64,000 nt of DNA, from positions 558,001-622,000 of the forward strand of contig NW_020843829.1 in assembly GCF_003704095.1 (NCBI RefSeq), read 5' to 3'. Origin of the DNA: Pocillopora damicornis (taxonomy: Eukaryota). Below, piece after piece: positions 30,366 through 42,600 of the stretch. The notes beneath the pieces are model-generated. The model was not told where the DNA came from. It searched no databases and saw nothing but the letters and a program-made list of their open reading frames with translations. Within the stretch, counting starts at the first letter, position 1. Every line of letters starts with the position of its first letter. The position numbers and the translations under genes were made by a program.

Positions 30366-32314
30366 TACACACATTAAAAAAAGTTGGAAAAAAAGGTCAA
30401 AAAGTACATGTATTGATGTAAGCTGTTTCTTGTGGGAAAGAGGTTCGGTGTCTATCGGAGGTATTTTGAATTAAGTTGTATATAAAGCTGTTGCTGTTGT
30501 TTTTTCTTTTTAGGGGGGGGAGGGGAGAGAGGGGACTGTCTGACAGCTAAAATCTTCAAAGCCGCAGGTATCTAATACGTGACTTTTTCGCAAAGAAGCC
30601 TTAGGCAACTACCGACACATTAACGACTCAGTCTCTCTGGATTGGGGACGAAATTATCATCTATATATATTCTTTCGATATGTTACTTTCACTCAAAAAT
30701 TCTCAGAAAACGTTAATTTGAGAACGTGACTTACTGACAGACCCGTCATTTCCACGTGGACTCCTCGAAGACGCTATTCGCCCATAGCAACAGACTTGTT
30801 GTCACACAATACACCAGTCACATATTTATGCATTACGCATGACATTAGGCACCTAGCACGAACGTTGCGTGATAACCTGGAGCAAAGGCTGTCCGGCTGC
30901 GACAGCTTTCCGGGCAATGAGTTTTTAAGTATTCCTGTGTTGGGGAAAGATTTGGAGGGGCGTAATGAAAATGCCTATCAAGTTTGAGGCAAATTTGATC
31001 GAAGATGGCTCGCAATCAAATCGTTAGATACAGCTCGTTTTGCCTCAATGAATCTGGCCCATATCGATCAAAAGTAAACGTGTCGTCAAACTGCTAATTT
31101 AAATCATCGGAAGTAAACCCACCCAACAAGAGGCGGTGAGTCAAACGACCTTAAATTGACATATCAGGTATACTCGACTCAGAGCNNNNNNNNNNNNNNN
31201 NNNNNNNNNNNNNNNNNNNNNNNNNNNNNNNNNNNNNNNNNNNNNNNNNNNNNNNNNNNNNNNNNNNNNNNNNNNNNNNNNNNNNCAGATTCATTGAGGC
31301 AAAACAAGCTATATCGAACGGTTTGATTGCGAGCCATCGTAAATCAAATTTGCCTCAAACTTGATAGGCATTTTGATTACGTCCCTCAAAAACTTTTCCT
31401 AACACAGGAATACTGAAAACTCATTGTCCGGAAAGCTGTCGCAGCCGAACAGNNNNNNNNNNNNNNNNNNNNNNNNNNNNNNNNNNNNNNNNNNNNNNNN
31501 NNNNNNNNNNNNNNNNNNNNNNNNNNNNNNNNNNNNNNNNNNNNNNNNNNNNNNNNNNNNNNNNNNNNNNNNNNNNNNNNNNNNNNNNNNNNNNNNNNNN
31601 NNNNNNNNNNNNNNNNNNNNNNNNNNNNNNNNNNNNNNNNNNNNNNNNNNNNNNNNNNNNNNNNNNNNNNNNNNNNNNNNNNNNNNNNNNNNNNNNNNNN
31701 NNNNNNNNNNNNNNNNNNNNNNNNNNNNNNNNNNNNNNNNNNNNNNNNNNNNNNNNNNNNNNNNNNNNNNNNNNNNNNNNNNNNNNNNNNNNNNNNNNNN
31801 NNNNNNNNNNNNNNNNNNNNNNNNNNNNNNNNNNNNNNNNNNNNNNNNNNNNNNNNNNNNNNNNNNNNNNNNNNNNNNNNNNNNNNNNNNNNNNNNNNNA
31901 CAACAACAGCTTTATATATGACTTGATTCAAAATACCTCCGATAGACACTGAACCTCTCTCCCACAAGAAACAGCGTACATCAATACATGTACTTGTTGA
32001 TCCTTTTTTTCAATTTTTTTAAAATATGTGTACAGTAAACGTGACCTTTGGCTATTGTATGAGTTTGTCTGCGTAGGTACATGTTGTCTAGTCATGGTAG
32101 ATTCCTCAGGAATATTGGCGTCACGCGTTAATTTTTTTAATTCACGCGAATTTTTCGATGCGAATTTTTCAAGGGCTAACGTGTTTTTCTATTAAAAAAA
32201 AAAAGTTTAGAGAGAAGCGAAGAAAAATAAGGAGAAACATAAAGGTTTTGACGTTATTAGATCATTTGTTGGTGCCCAGTCTTATTTTTTTCATAAATAT
32301 CCCCCTCGTTTTAG

Positions 32315-32512
32315 GTACAAAGTGACAGTTTTAGCAAAGGAGTACGCCTCCCCAGTCTCCTCCGGTAAACGTATCACTTCTGAGATCGCTTGCGCTCTGT
32401 GGGAGTGGCCTCCAGCGGTCTGTGGGCGACACACAAACGAAAAGTCACTGGATAGAGCCAAGGTTTGGTGCATGGATGGCTATGCCAAGTTCATGGAGTT
32501 CGCTATGAACTC
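32315..32512 (+). pseudogene. DAO-family copy C: isolated, truncated exon-3 fragment from an inverted duplicate of copy B
   Basis: YKVTVLAKEYASPVSSGKRITSEIACALWEWPPAVCG...AMNS then breaks into non-coding sequence; upstream intron and promoter pieces match copy B in reverse complement; exons 1-2 and 4-6 absent. Confidence 0.85.
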
Positions 32513-35500
32513 AACGCTGAAAATATTTCAATCGTTGCAGGAATAAATGAGTTGAAATCATCTTTTAGTGTCCTATTATTTCATCTAAGTGTTCACCATA
32601 ACAGCCAACAAGCGGTGGATATACATCACCGCTTTGCGCCTCGGTTAATGTATCCCCCACAAGTCACCTTCCCTTCGGTGAACAGTAGTTAGTTAGGTAT
32701 ATCAAGTGGAGGGTTTGGTCATGATGAAACATCAAATTCTGAATTATTTAAAAGAATTATGTAACGATCAAAATGGGGACTTATTAGCACTTTGTCGGGC
32801 ATTGTAGAGCACTTTGAGGACTTAAATGGAGTTTTTGGCGGGCTGAAATGTATTTGATGCCGCTTGCACGCTCGTGTGATTGTTCAGATCGTTTTGTTGT
32901 CATTTTTTTAAATGTTTATTTTATCAATGCCCTCCAAAGTACTAAAATGACTCTGATTCGGGCCCAAAATATATTTATGCCCGCGAACATAAACTCTATT
33001 AAAATGTTTTGTTTCTTAAGTTAATTATATTGACGTGATTAACTTACACACATCTGTGACTTTACAATAAAAACTGGAAAAATTCACTGGTTTTTGTTCA
33101 CTTTCTAGCAACTTCCGAAAGAACACACGGAACAAATTTATACACCACCATTAAACTGACTTCTGTTCATAACCCGCACCAACTCTTGTTTTATCTTCGT
33201 TGGCATACAATGTTAAAAGAAAAATATTTCGTAATATTACATTTTTCCGCTTATGTGCTTTTATTAATGGAACTTGCACTTACGAAGATCACGTTCAAAC
33301 TGTAATGTTTTCATTCAAATACGTAACAAGAAAATGACTAAGGGGAATTTTTCCGTAGGAGCACGTCATATACCGAAAATGATGAGATACAACGGAATTG
33401 ATTGATCAATAGGACGAAAAAATATGTAATAAAATACATCATGATAGGCAATACATCCCATGGTATCCACAAAATATTTTTCCTGACCGCCTTCGAATGA
33501 GTTAAATGAGCGTTCTGTTTGATTCAGTTCGAACAGAAGTCGTGTTCCTGCTCATATGATTGGAATTTTTTCCGAGGTTTCCTAGAAACAACGGCTGACA
33601 ATCTTTGAGAGGTGGAGCTCAATATAACCACCCAGGATAAAACGGAAATACTTATTTATAAGTATTTTAAAATTTTACGAAGTTTTGTTTTAATGTGAGC
33701 CAAGAAAATTTCATCACTTGGTCTTGTCTGGCTTTGGGTCGTTCCTCTGTGCGTGATCATGATGGTTCAAAAAATTTATTTTGACAAGAGCCAGTTTCTG
33801 ATTTATCATGCTATATCACCCTTTCTGACGCCCGAAATCAAGAGGAAAGAAATTTTCACCTCTTCCGCCTCTTTTCCTTGTTCTCTTTCATTGTCAAAAT
33901 TTACCATTGCGAAAACAGGAAAATTACGCTAAATGCAACATTTTAAAGCTAAGGAAGTTGAAAGCCATAAAACAACCTTGAAAACTTGTCCTTGATCCCT
34001 TTGGAAATAAAGAGTATATTAGGGCCCACGTTTTGAGGATTTTACCTTAGCGTAAGACGGACCTGAGGGAAAATGTATAAACATTAAAACTTTCTGCAAA
34101 GCTACCAAACCAAATCGAAACATTTTGGCTATTCAGTCCTCGGTTAGCTTAATCGTGCTTTGAACAACGCAGCCCAGTTTGGAACCTGCGTCAACTCAAA
34201 AAATGTCGAGAAGGTGAAGTGATACCAGCGGTCATCTTTGATACTGCGCCAAATAATTAAAAATACACTACTGAACGTGTCTGAGATCTGCATGACATGA
34301 AACACGGGGAGTGAGTTTATAATGTTCAACTCCGTAGTTTTACCAGAATATTCCCCTGTCGTATTTAGTTTAGGCACTCACGGAGCTTTTTGAATGGTGT
34401 GTGCCTAATACCATAACGCATTTTCTTTAGAATGGCTGACAAGTTTTTTTTCGCGCTGAAAGCAAAATTGAGGTGAATCGTTTGGCCGCTCTAAGTAATT
34501 GAGAGAGGTGAGAACAGCCTGAAAACACAGAAAAAATTCGAATTATAAAATGATTTTGCATTACCGAAGAGATATAACTGTGAGTATTAGGTTGAATGAG
34601 CCAATTTAGACATATTCTGCGAAAACATTACTTTCAAATCCACTCGGCCTTGAAATCTCTGTCATTAAATCTTATTCAAGGATGATTTGATTTTCTTTTC
34701 GACGAAAATACCGATAATCACAAAATTGCTCAGTTAGTATTTTCTCAAATTCAATAAATTTTATAATTTGTTTTGCATCACTGACGTGCAGCTCACTTCA
34801 GGATCAGAAGGGGGCAACAGTTGAAGAGAGTCGGACTCAATTGACATGCAGCTGTTTTCTTGAAAACTCATTTTTTAGATTTCTACTCTTACCGTAAGAA
34901 TCTTTTATTGTATCTTTAGTAACGTTTATTTTTAGTTACCTTTGTACTTTACCGTGCATTGATTTAAAAATGATATAGCTCGACCTGGTGAACCGTTAAT
35001 CAAACAGTCAGTTCTCAGATCTCAGCCAGACACGTAAACGGAAAATTGTGATACGATAGGTCACGCTTGGTTAAACAGGAGAGCGAAACGGTGAATGACT
35101 TCCTTGTTTTGATTTTTCTGGGTAAGTTTAAAACGCATAATTTTCTCACTTTGATGTTGACAAGTGATCAAAATAAATGATTGCAAAGCTGTATCTTTTA
35201 AAGACATGCTTGACTGAAGCTGCCGCTCAAGAAATCAAAGCGGATAGGTTACGGTTGATCTTATCCATGCTTAATCGCACGCAAGAACGTGACTTGACAT
35301 TGATATTGAAATTAAAAGAAGAAAAAAACCCTTTCGATAGGTAAGGGTCTTTGGCATTTAGGAATCTTTAGGCACTGCATACATGGCTATATACAAAACA
35401 TGTAGATCTGCACGTGTTTTTTCGGCCCTAGAAATATAAATGCGAATTCTGAGCATGTTCGGGTTCATCTGTTAATTGCTATTGGTTATGAACAAGTCAA

Positions 35501-35556
35501 TAAGTACTCGACGCTGAAGAATATTGGAGTGGAGGGCTTTTAAACAACTATTGAGA

Positions 35557-37962
35557 ATGCCGATACAGTTTCCACAGTCAAAAACCTCAGGTTCTCGATC
35601 CACTAAGGTAAAACTGGCTTTTGCCATTTCAGAAATTTCTGTACTCGTCTTAATTCTTAGGTTATAAAGTGAGTGTCACACTTTTTCGTCAACTTGAGCG
35701 CTGTGCACATAAAAACTTGTACTCCTATTACCTTCATGACGTACAACACATAAACGGAAAATGAAAATTCATTTTTAAAAATCAAACAATTTTATCTATA
35801 CAGAAAAATGAAACAAAACGAGTACTCCTGGAAACATTTCTCCATGATCGCCATAATTTACGTCTCTCTGTTAACAAGTATCAAATTATTCAAAGGATAG
35901 ATGAAAACATCATTTTATTTTCATCAACACCCATCTTAATGTTTCCGTCTCTTCTGCGGAATTGATTTTCCATCTAGCATTTTTCCTGTGTGAATTTTGC
36001 TTTAACTAAAGTCCTGTCTTGTACAGAGGTCTTCGCGCGCTCCACGCGTGTTGGTGATTGGGGGCGGAGTCGTAGGTATGACGTCAGCATTACAGCTTCT
36101 GCAGAAAGGTTGCAAGGTAACAGTTTTAGCCAAAGAGTTCGCCTCCCCAGTCTCCTCTGGTAAACGCATCACTTCTGAGATCGCTGGCGCTTTATGGGAG
36201 TGGCCTCCAGCGGTCTGTGGGCGACATACAAATGAAGAGTCACTGGAGAGAGCCAAGGTTTGGTGCATGGACAGCTATGCCAAATTCATGGAGTTGGCTA
36301 TGAACTCAAAGGAAACTGGAGCTTTCCTCAGACAATCTATCTTCTACTTTAAGGACAAGGTAAATGCCCAGCCTGTTAGTTGCATTGCTTGCGTGTAAAC
36401 TTGTAAACGAGCCATTTGGAAGTGAAGAGGCCTGATAAAGACTTTTCTTGCATGAGCTTGAATGGGAATTTGGTGCCCGCTTACCTAAGGGAGGAGTGGA
36501 GAGGGGAAGGGGGGGGAGGGAGGGGGTACCGAGTCCGATAAATTTTAAGATAGACTGAACTTTTTTTTTTAATTTCTAATGGGCCTCTGATCTCTTTTTT
36601 TCTCTAAAAATCGAAGGTTAAAGATCTTCCTCAACAGTTGGAAAAGATGAATGAACTGAACCATTTGCCAGGATTCCGTCATGACGCCAAACTCATCGAA
36701 GAAACTGGTACAGTTGCAACCTTTTCACAATAAACTTAAGAATTTTAACAGTAGAATGTGAATAGAATGTGCTCGCGAGTTCTCTTCACCTTCGGCTCAT
36801 TCCTATCTCTTTGGTATTTGCCTTCCCCGTCACATAACAAATTAACCACAATTTGATTGATACATAATTGTTGATTCGAATCGCCGGTAGCTTCTAGTGA
36901 CCCAAAACTGAGCGAATCAACCATCTCCGTCCTAAGGCCGAAGATTATTTCCTGTCTTAGAGCGCTTTTACAGACTGAAAAATGCGGAAGTTCCCTTTAA
37001 CTCCCCTTCCATTATTGAAAGGTGCAATGTGTCTTAAACGTTTGTGTGACTTACCAAATGACCTGCCATTGATAACGTTTTCTTTCCATTTAGCTGTAAA
37101 CACAGACACTGGTGTTGTGGACGCATATCAACATATGGCTCCCATGGTTGACACAGTCACCTACATGCAGTGGCTTTACAAACAGTGTCGTGACAAAGGC
37201 TGTCGCTTTGTACACGATGAGATTCACGGATTGTTGAGAGATCAGGCTGAAGACTTGAAAAAGAAATACAAAGCTCAGCTGATCTTCAACTGCTCTGGAC
37301 TCAACGCCAAAGAACTGGCAGGAGATGAAGATGTCTATCCTCTGAGAGGTAAATAAAACTCGTGAAACGTGCAAGCTGAGATCAGTTCAGTTGTGATATG
37401 TTTAACAGAATTACGTCTCTTCCTTGATTGTGAAAAGAAAGGTGTTGAATCCGTATCCTTGTCCTTCAAAATCTCTCTCATTGCAGGGGTGATTCTTAAA
37501 GTGAGGAACGACGGAAGTTTAATGCCAAAACTCAATCACTCCATGTGCATATCTATAATCAAGGAGTTCGATGAGTCAGATAAAGAAGGACAAAGCTTCG
37601 TGTTCATTTTGCCTCGAGGTGACGACAAACTATGGCTGGGTGGAATGGTACAACCTCACCAGTGGGACAGAGATCTAACGCTCAATTATCCACCTATCAG
37701 AAAGATGTTTGAGAAAGTAAAGGAGTTCTATCCACCCCTTCGTAACTACGGAGACGATGATGTAGAGGAAGTGTTGGTAGGCCTGCGTCCTGCTCGCCAT
37801 GGCAACGTTCGTCTGGAGTGGGATCCTGTGTGTCCTTCTCTTCTGCACAACTATGGACATGGGGGCTCGGGTGTGACTTTCTCATGGGGCTGTGCTATTG
37901 AAGCCAGTGCTATGGTGGATCGTGTTCTTAAAAGGCCACAGATTTTGTATTCAAAACTTTGA
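35557..37962 (+). CDS. D-amino-acid-oxidase-family flavoenzyme, copy D; complete, 5 coding exons, PTS1 SKL
   Basis: Exons 35557-35607 (MPIQFPQSKTSGSRSTK), 36027-36359, 36617-36707, 37094-37348, 37487-37962 (ends ILYSKL); TATAAA at ~35436. Confidence 0.92.
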
Positions 37963-38249
37963 TCCTTCCAACACTCCAAAATAGAAAAAAATCCTTTGTA
38001 ATAGTCCATAAAATGTATTTGATTAAAAAAATGACATATATCATAGTTGAGTAAACAGAGAAAGTATCAATTGTTATATTTATTAATAAGCCATGTGTAG
38101 ACATAATTATGGAGAAGTCTGGTGTCACACAAATTATTATTTTATTTAGACTGGCAACAATTCGATGTCTATGGAGGAAATAGCAAACAACGATACCATG
38201 ATTTTTTTGATATTCTATTGCAATAATTATTATCTTATAGATATCTTGG

Positions 38250-38383
38250 TTGTATATCAGCAGCTGGGCAACTGCCCACCTACCCCTCCCCTAACCCAAC
38301 ATTAACCCTAACTTGTTATCAATTGATTGTTGTTGGGTTAGGGGAGGGGTAGGTGGGCAGTCGCCCAGATACTGATATTGATC
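38250..38383. mobile_element. Palindromic (foldback) MITE
   Basis: CTGGGCAACTGCCCACCTACCCCTCCCCTAACCCAAC ... GTTGGGTTAGGGGAGGGGTAGGTGGGCAGTCGCCCAG, near-perfect ~37-bp arms; degenerate copies at ~62560-62670 and ~63815-63945. Confidence 0.8.
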
Positions 38384-39474
38384 GAGCTTTTGTTATATCC
38401 TGTGTGCAGCTCTGGCCTCCTAAGTTTGAACTGCAAAATTGATTATCTTTCTCGAGGATTCAGAGTCGATAATTTGACTATGCTTTAAATTTTGCAACGT
38501 CAAAAGCCCTTAAATTACCAGTCATATGAAAACATGTTAAGATTTTCTAAATATTGTATTAATTCATCATATAGAATCTACATTTAACCACGAGAGTTTT
38601 TGTGCTCGTGTTGCTTCATCAAGATACTAATTGTACTTTAATTTTGAATCCGATTTATTCAAAAATAAAATATTGTTTATCTTAACAGATTAACAGTGTC
38701 TTCAATACGATGCGAAAATTTTGCTGACCTCAACATTTTTACTGAGTCTCAACATTCTTGAATTTTTCCTGCGATGAAATGGAGAAATAAGACCCTCCCT
38801 ATGGATTTTTTGAAGTCACGCCCAAACCAGCTTCATTCGCCTTTCGGTGGCTTTTCTTTTCCCTGGATATCTATCCCTTCGCAAAATATCCTTTGCCTCC
38901 TTCCGAATATTCCGAGACCGAATATCTTGCCAAGCTAGTTTCGAGTGCTCTGGCGATGATCTGTGCATCAGAACCTGACAGGAAGGTTCCCCCGAATTTT
39001 CTTTCTAAGGGGGGGCTGACTCCTTTTGCCAACCCCTGTTCCGTTGCCTATTATATCAAATTAACATGCTCTGTTACAGAGTGAGAGTAAGAGCTAGTAC
39101 AAACACAAATAAGAAATATCGAATATTGTCTTGTAGGGCGCTCTAAATTCCCCTTTCTCCGAGTTTACTTGAGTTTTTGGCCCTGGCTTCTTACGGTCTT
39201 AATAGCCCTCTTCTTTAGCAAGGCTTCACGCTCTGGGAAGACTGAGAACTGGCGCAGAGCCATAACATTCCTCACCTCCGGTCCCTAGGGGCCCAACTGC
39301 AAGTTGCAGGGCCAAATCTCTTTCAAAGCTTTCTGACCAAATCAGGAGATAGTAAAATTGCTTCAGTAAGTAGCTATGAAAAACTTATCCAATTTCTAAA
39401 GTCATTGAATGATTCCTGTCTTCTTCTGTCATTGGTCTAAAATTGTGAGCGATAAGTTTGCCCTTTTCACTAAC

Positions 39475-39488
39475 GTTGTCATAGTAAC
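39475..39488. promoter_or_regulatory. RFX X-box-like motif upstream of DNAH10
   Basis: GTTGTC AT AGTAAC fits GTTNYC-AT-RGYAAC, ~155 bp before the ATG of a motile-cilia gene; AAGATGGCG (YY1-like) follows at ~39501. Confidence 0.6.
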
Positions 39489-39641
39489 AAATCCTTGGCG
39501 AAGATGGCGACGATAACTATGCGAATAAGAGGAGCAAAGTAATCGGTAGCGAGGAAGTTTTAAGCCCAGATGGCTAAATTGCTCGCGTATTGGAATAATT
39601 AATAGAAATATTTATTTGAAAGTGATTCAAGCTTCGCCAAT

Positions 39642-42600
39642 ATGGATGACACACGCATTGAGTGGATGAGAAACAAGGTATACCTCGGACTTGGAATTAC
39701 AGACCCTGAGGTGTTCGACGATTTGTTGTCTCGAGAAGATGGACAATTTGAAAACGAAATCTTAAAATTTCTCAATGAAACTCCCAAGGAAGGATGCACT
39801 ATTTTATTTTATTCTATGCTGAAGGAAGAAGAGGAGGAAATTGAAGTTGAAGCGGGTTAGTAATTGAAGATAATCTTATGATAGTATACTTACAATTGCG
39901 CGCCATTTAATTTTGTATCACAACAAGACGTTGAAAGGGCTCTGTTATTGCTAGCGATTAGCGACTTTTTGAGATCCCTGACAATTCTTCTTCTCAAAGA
40001 AATGAAACTTAATGAATAAAGGGTGTTTGTAACAGCTGTTTAGGTCTCCATTCCAACGGTTATTCGAGGTCGTTCTCACTGATAATCCCGCCGTAATGAA
40101 ATATAAGTTGACACTGTTTGTCAAAGATTGACCTTCATGACAATTAGGCATAATTTCTGGAAGATGAAAGAGTCCTACAACTTCATACTTTCTGATATGA
40201 AATCTGTTTATTTTACCCAACCATAATTAAGCTGCTTGATTTATCACACGTTAATAATGTTGTTTGACAAAGTCGGTATTTATATTTGAGTAATCACAAA
40301 GATCACCCCCAGAGAAGGGGGGTTTGGGGTTGTTGATGAGATGACTCGGTTTTACTTGTGTTGACAATGTAAAAGGCCACTTTAAAAAGTTTCAAAAGCT
40401 GACATATTCAGCGCTACCCCTTCATCAGAGGGAATAGAATGATGAGCGAACTTCTCCGAAGTGATCCTTTGTTGTCATTTTTGATCTGTCTGTCATTGAC
40501 TAAAGCTCTGATCAAAAAAGATTACAGTTAAAGTGAAACTATATTGATAAATTACAGAATTTTACTTTAAATTATGTCATTAGAACCAGAATTACCAGAA
40601 ATAACAGCTGATGGTGATGAAGAAGTTGAGAAGACCTCAATAAATGGTGCTGAAGGGACTGCTGAGGGTGATGATTTGATCATGGAGAGAGTTCCATCTG
40701 CAAATTCAAAGGCTGCAGAGGAAGTTTCTGTCAAGGATGGTTCACAGGCTGCAGAACCAGCCCAGACCAATCCAGAGACTGGGGAGGAGGTTGCAACAGC
40801 CTCAGGTGAGGGAGGAGAAGGTGATGAAGCAGAGCTAGGAGAGGAGAATCATGCCACACCTCTACCACCCAGGACAGTAAGTTTGCTTTGGATATCTTGT
40901 TGTTGAAAATTAATTTCATGTGAAAATGATTTGAAACTATGTACTAATTTGATATGATTTCTCCTTTGTTGCAAGTGTTATCCAAATATAAAGCTTAGAA
41001 CAAAGTTTGACCAACAAACAAGTACATTTTCTGAATGAACAATAGACAGTCAATCAACATCTTTTAATTAATTGCAGAAAATCATTATACAAAAAGTTCT
41101 GAGGACAGTCATGTATGTTTGCTATGAACACCTTCCTGAAGAGTTTGCGGATGAAAATGCCTTCTACTTTTTACGGAATACCACTGGCCCTGTTCCTCTG
41201 CCATCAACGCTTGAGGAAGCAGAAGAAATTCTCCCTCCCTTATTTCAGTTTGGATCACATTACGGACCCTCGCTACAGATGCTGGAGCACCTTTTAACAC
41301 TGGTGTATATACCCCTTTTGTCACACAATGGTCAGCGGAATGAGTCCTCTTCAGATAGTGGGAGTCACAAGAGTAGTGCTCATACTGGTGATGAACAGGG
41401 ATCAGAGGAAAGTCGATCAAGGGTTATCTTAAGAGATGAATTTCTAATGAACATGCAGAAATTTTCTACGCACATCAGCCGAACAATTCACCAGTTGGAG
41501 GGTGATATTCGATTGGAGATGCCTGAAGTCATTCTTGGTGATGACATTACAGAGATGGTAAAAGATTCAGAACTAGTAACAATGCTAGAGGAAACCCTGC
41601 ACAACTGGGAAGTGACAATTTCATCAGCCCTGGAGATCCAGTTAAAGAAAACACCCCAAGGAAATGGGCCTTTGGCTGAGATTGATTTCTGGAGAGAGAG
41701 AAATGCTACACTGAGTGCAATTACTGAGCAGTTAAAACTGCCGACTGTTAACAAAGTTGTGGCTATTTTAACAAATGTTCACTCTGAAAGCCTTGCCAGT
41801 TTTGAGTATCACCGAGCAGAACTCACGAAATATTATACAGAAGCTAAAGACAATGTGCGATTTCTTTCTACCCTTGAGAGACATTTTAAGAACTTGGCAC
41901 ATGGTGCAAGTTTTAACATAGTCCTTGAAACAATACCTTCAATGATGAATGCCTTGAGGATGGTGTGGATTATATCGCGACATTACAACAGAGATGAGAG
42001 AATGGTGCCGTTAATGGAGAGAATTGCTTGGGAACTTAGTGAGCGAGTGGCCAAGATTGTCAATGTTCGCACTATTTTCAAGTGAGTATGATTACTGTAT
42101 GTAATCATTAGAAAGTGCATTATCATTATTGGTTAAAAAAAGTGAAGGGTGTAGGGGGGTGGCAAGGGCAGTTGCTTCCATCACTGAATATGCTTGATAC
42201 TCCTTTGCTCAGAGGGGAACTGAAAACTGTTCCCCTCTGAGCAAAGATAAGGAGCATTGTGATGTGAGGTCAGCAACTACAGCATACAACTTCTTTCAAA
42301 GTGGCCATAACTGAAATCTCTCCTTTTAGAGAACCACCCTACCTCATGAAGCAAAAAACCTCAGAGGCCAAGAAGACCTTGGAAACATGGAAGGAGTCTT
42401 ACTTTGATGTGAGAGCCAAGATAGAAGCTTCAGGGAGAGATGCCAGATGGGAGTTTGACAGAAAGCGTTTGTTTGAGAGAACAGATCATATGGCTTCAAT
42501 CTGTGAAGATTTGAAGGAGGTTGCAACAGTGATGGAAGAGTTTTATAATATCTTTGGACCTGAACTGAAGGCAGTGACGGGAGATCCTAAACGTATCGAG

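Larger units (their letters stand above)
27285..32852. repeat. Large inverted duplication of the DAO copy B region; right arm carries internal deletions
   Basis: Reverse-complement matches: ~30890-31055 vs 31286-31452; ~30250-30500 vs 31900-32165; ~29369-29700 vs 32180-32512; ~27285-27560 vs 32517-32852. Confidence 0.88.

Noticed and set aside
32853-35400. Possible hidden gene or transposase between DAO copies C and D
   Set aside because: No ORF or exon chain with recognisable protein similarity; left unannotated.
23034-37962. Bacterial contamination as the source of the DAO-like genes
   Set aside because: GT-AG introns, TATA promoters, PTS1 signals, and gap-free contiguity with FBXL (3' end of copy A) and DNAH10 (copy D).
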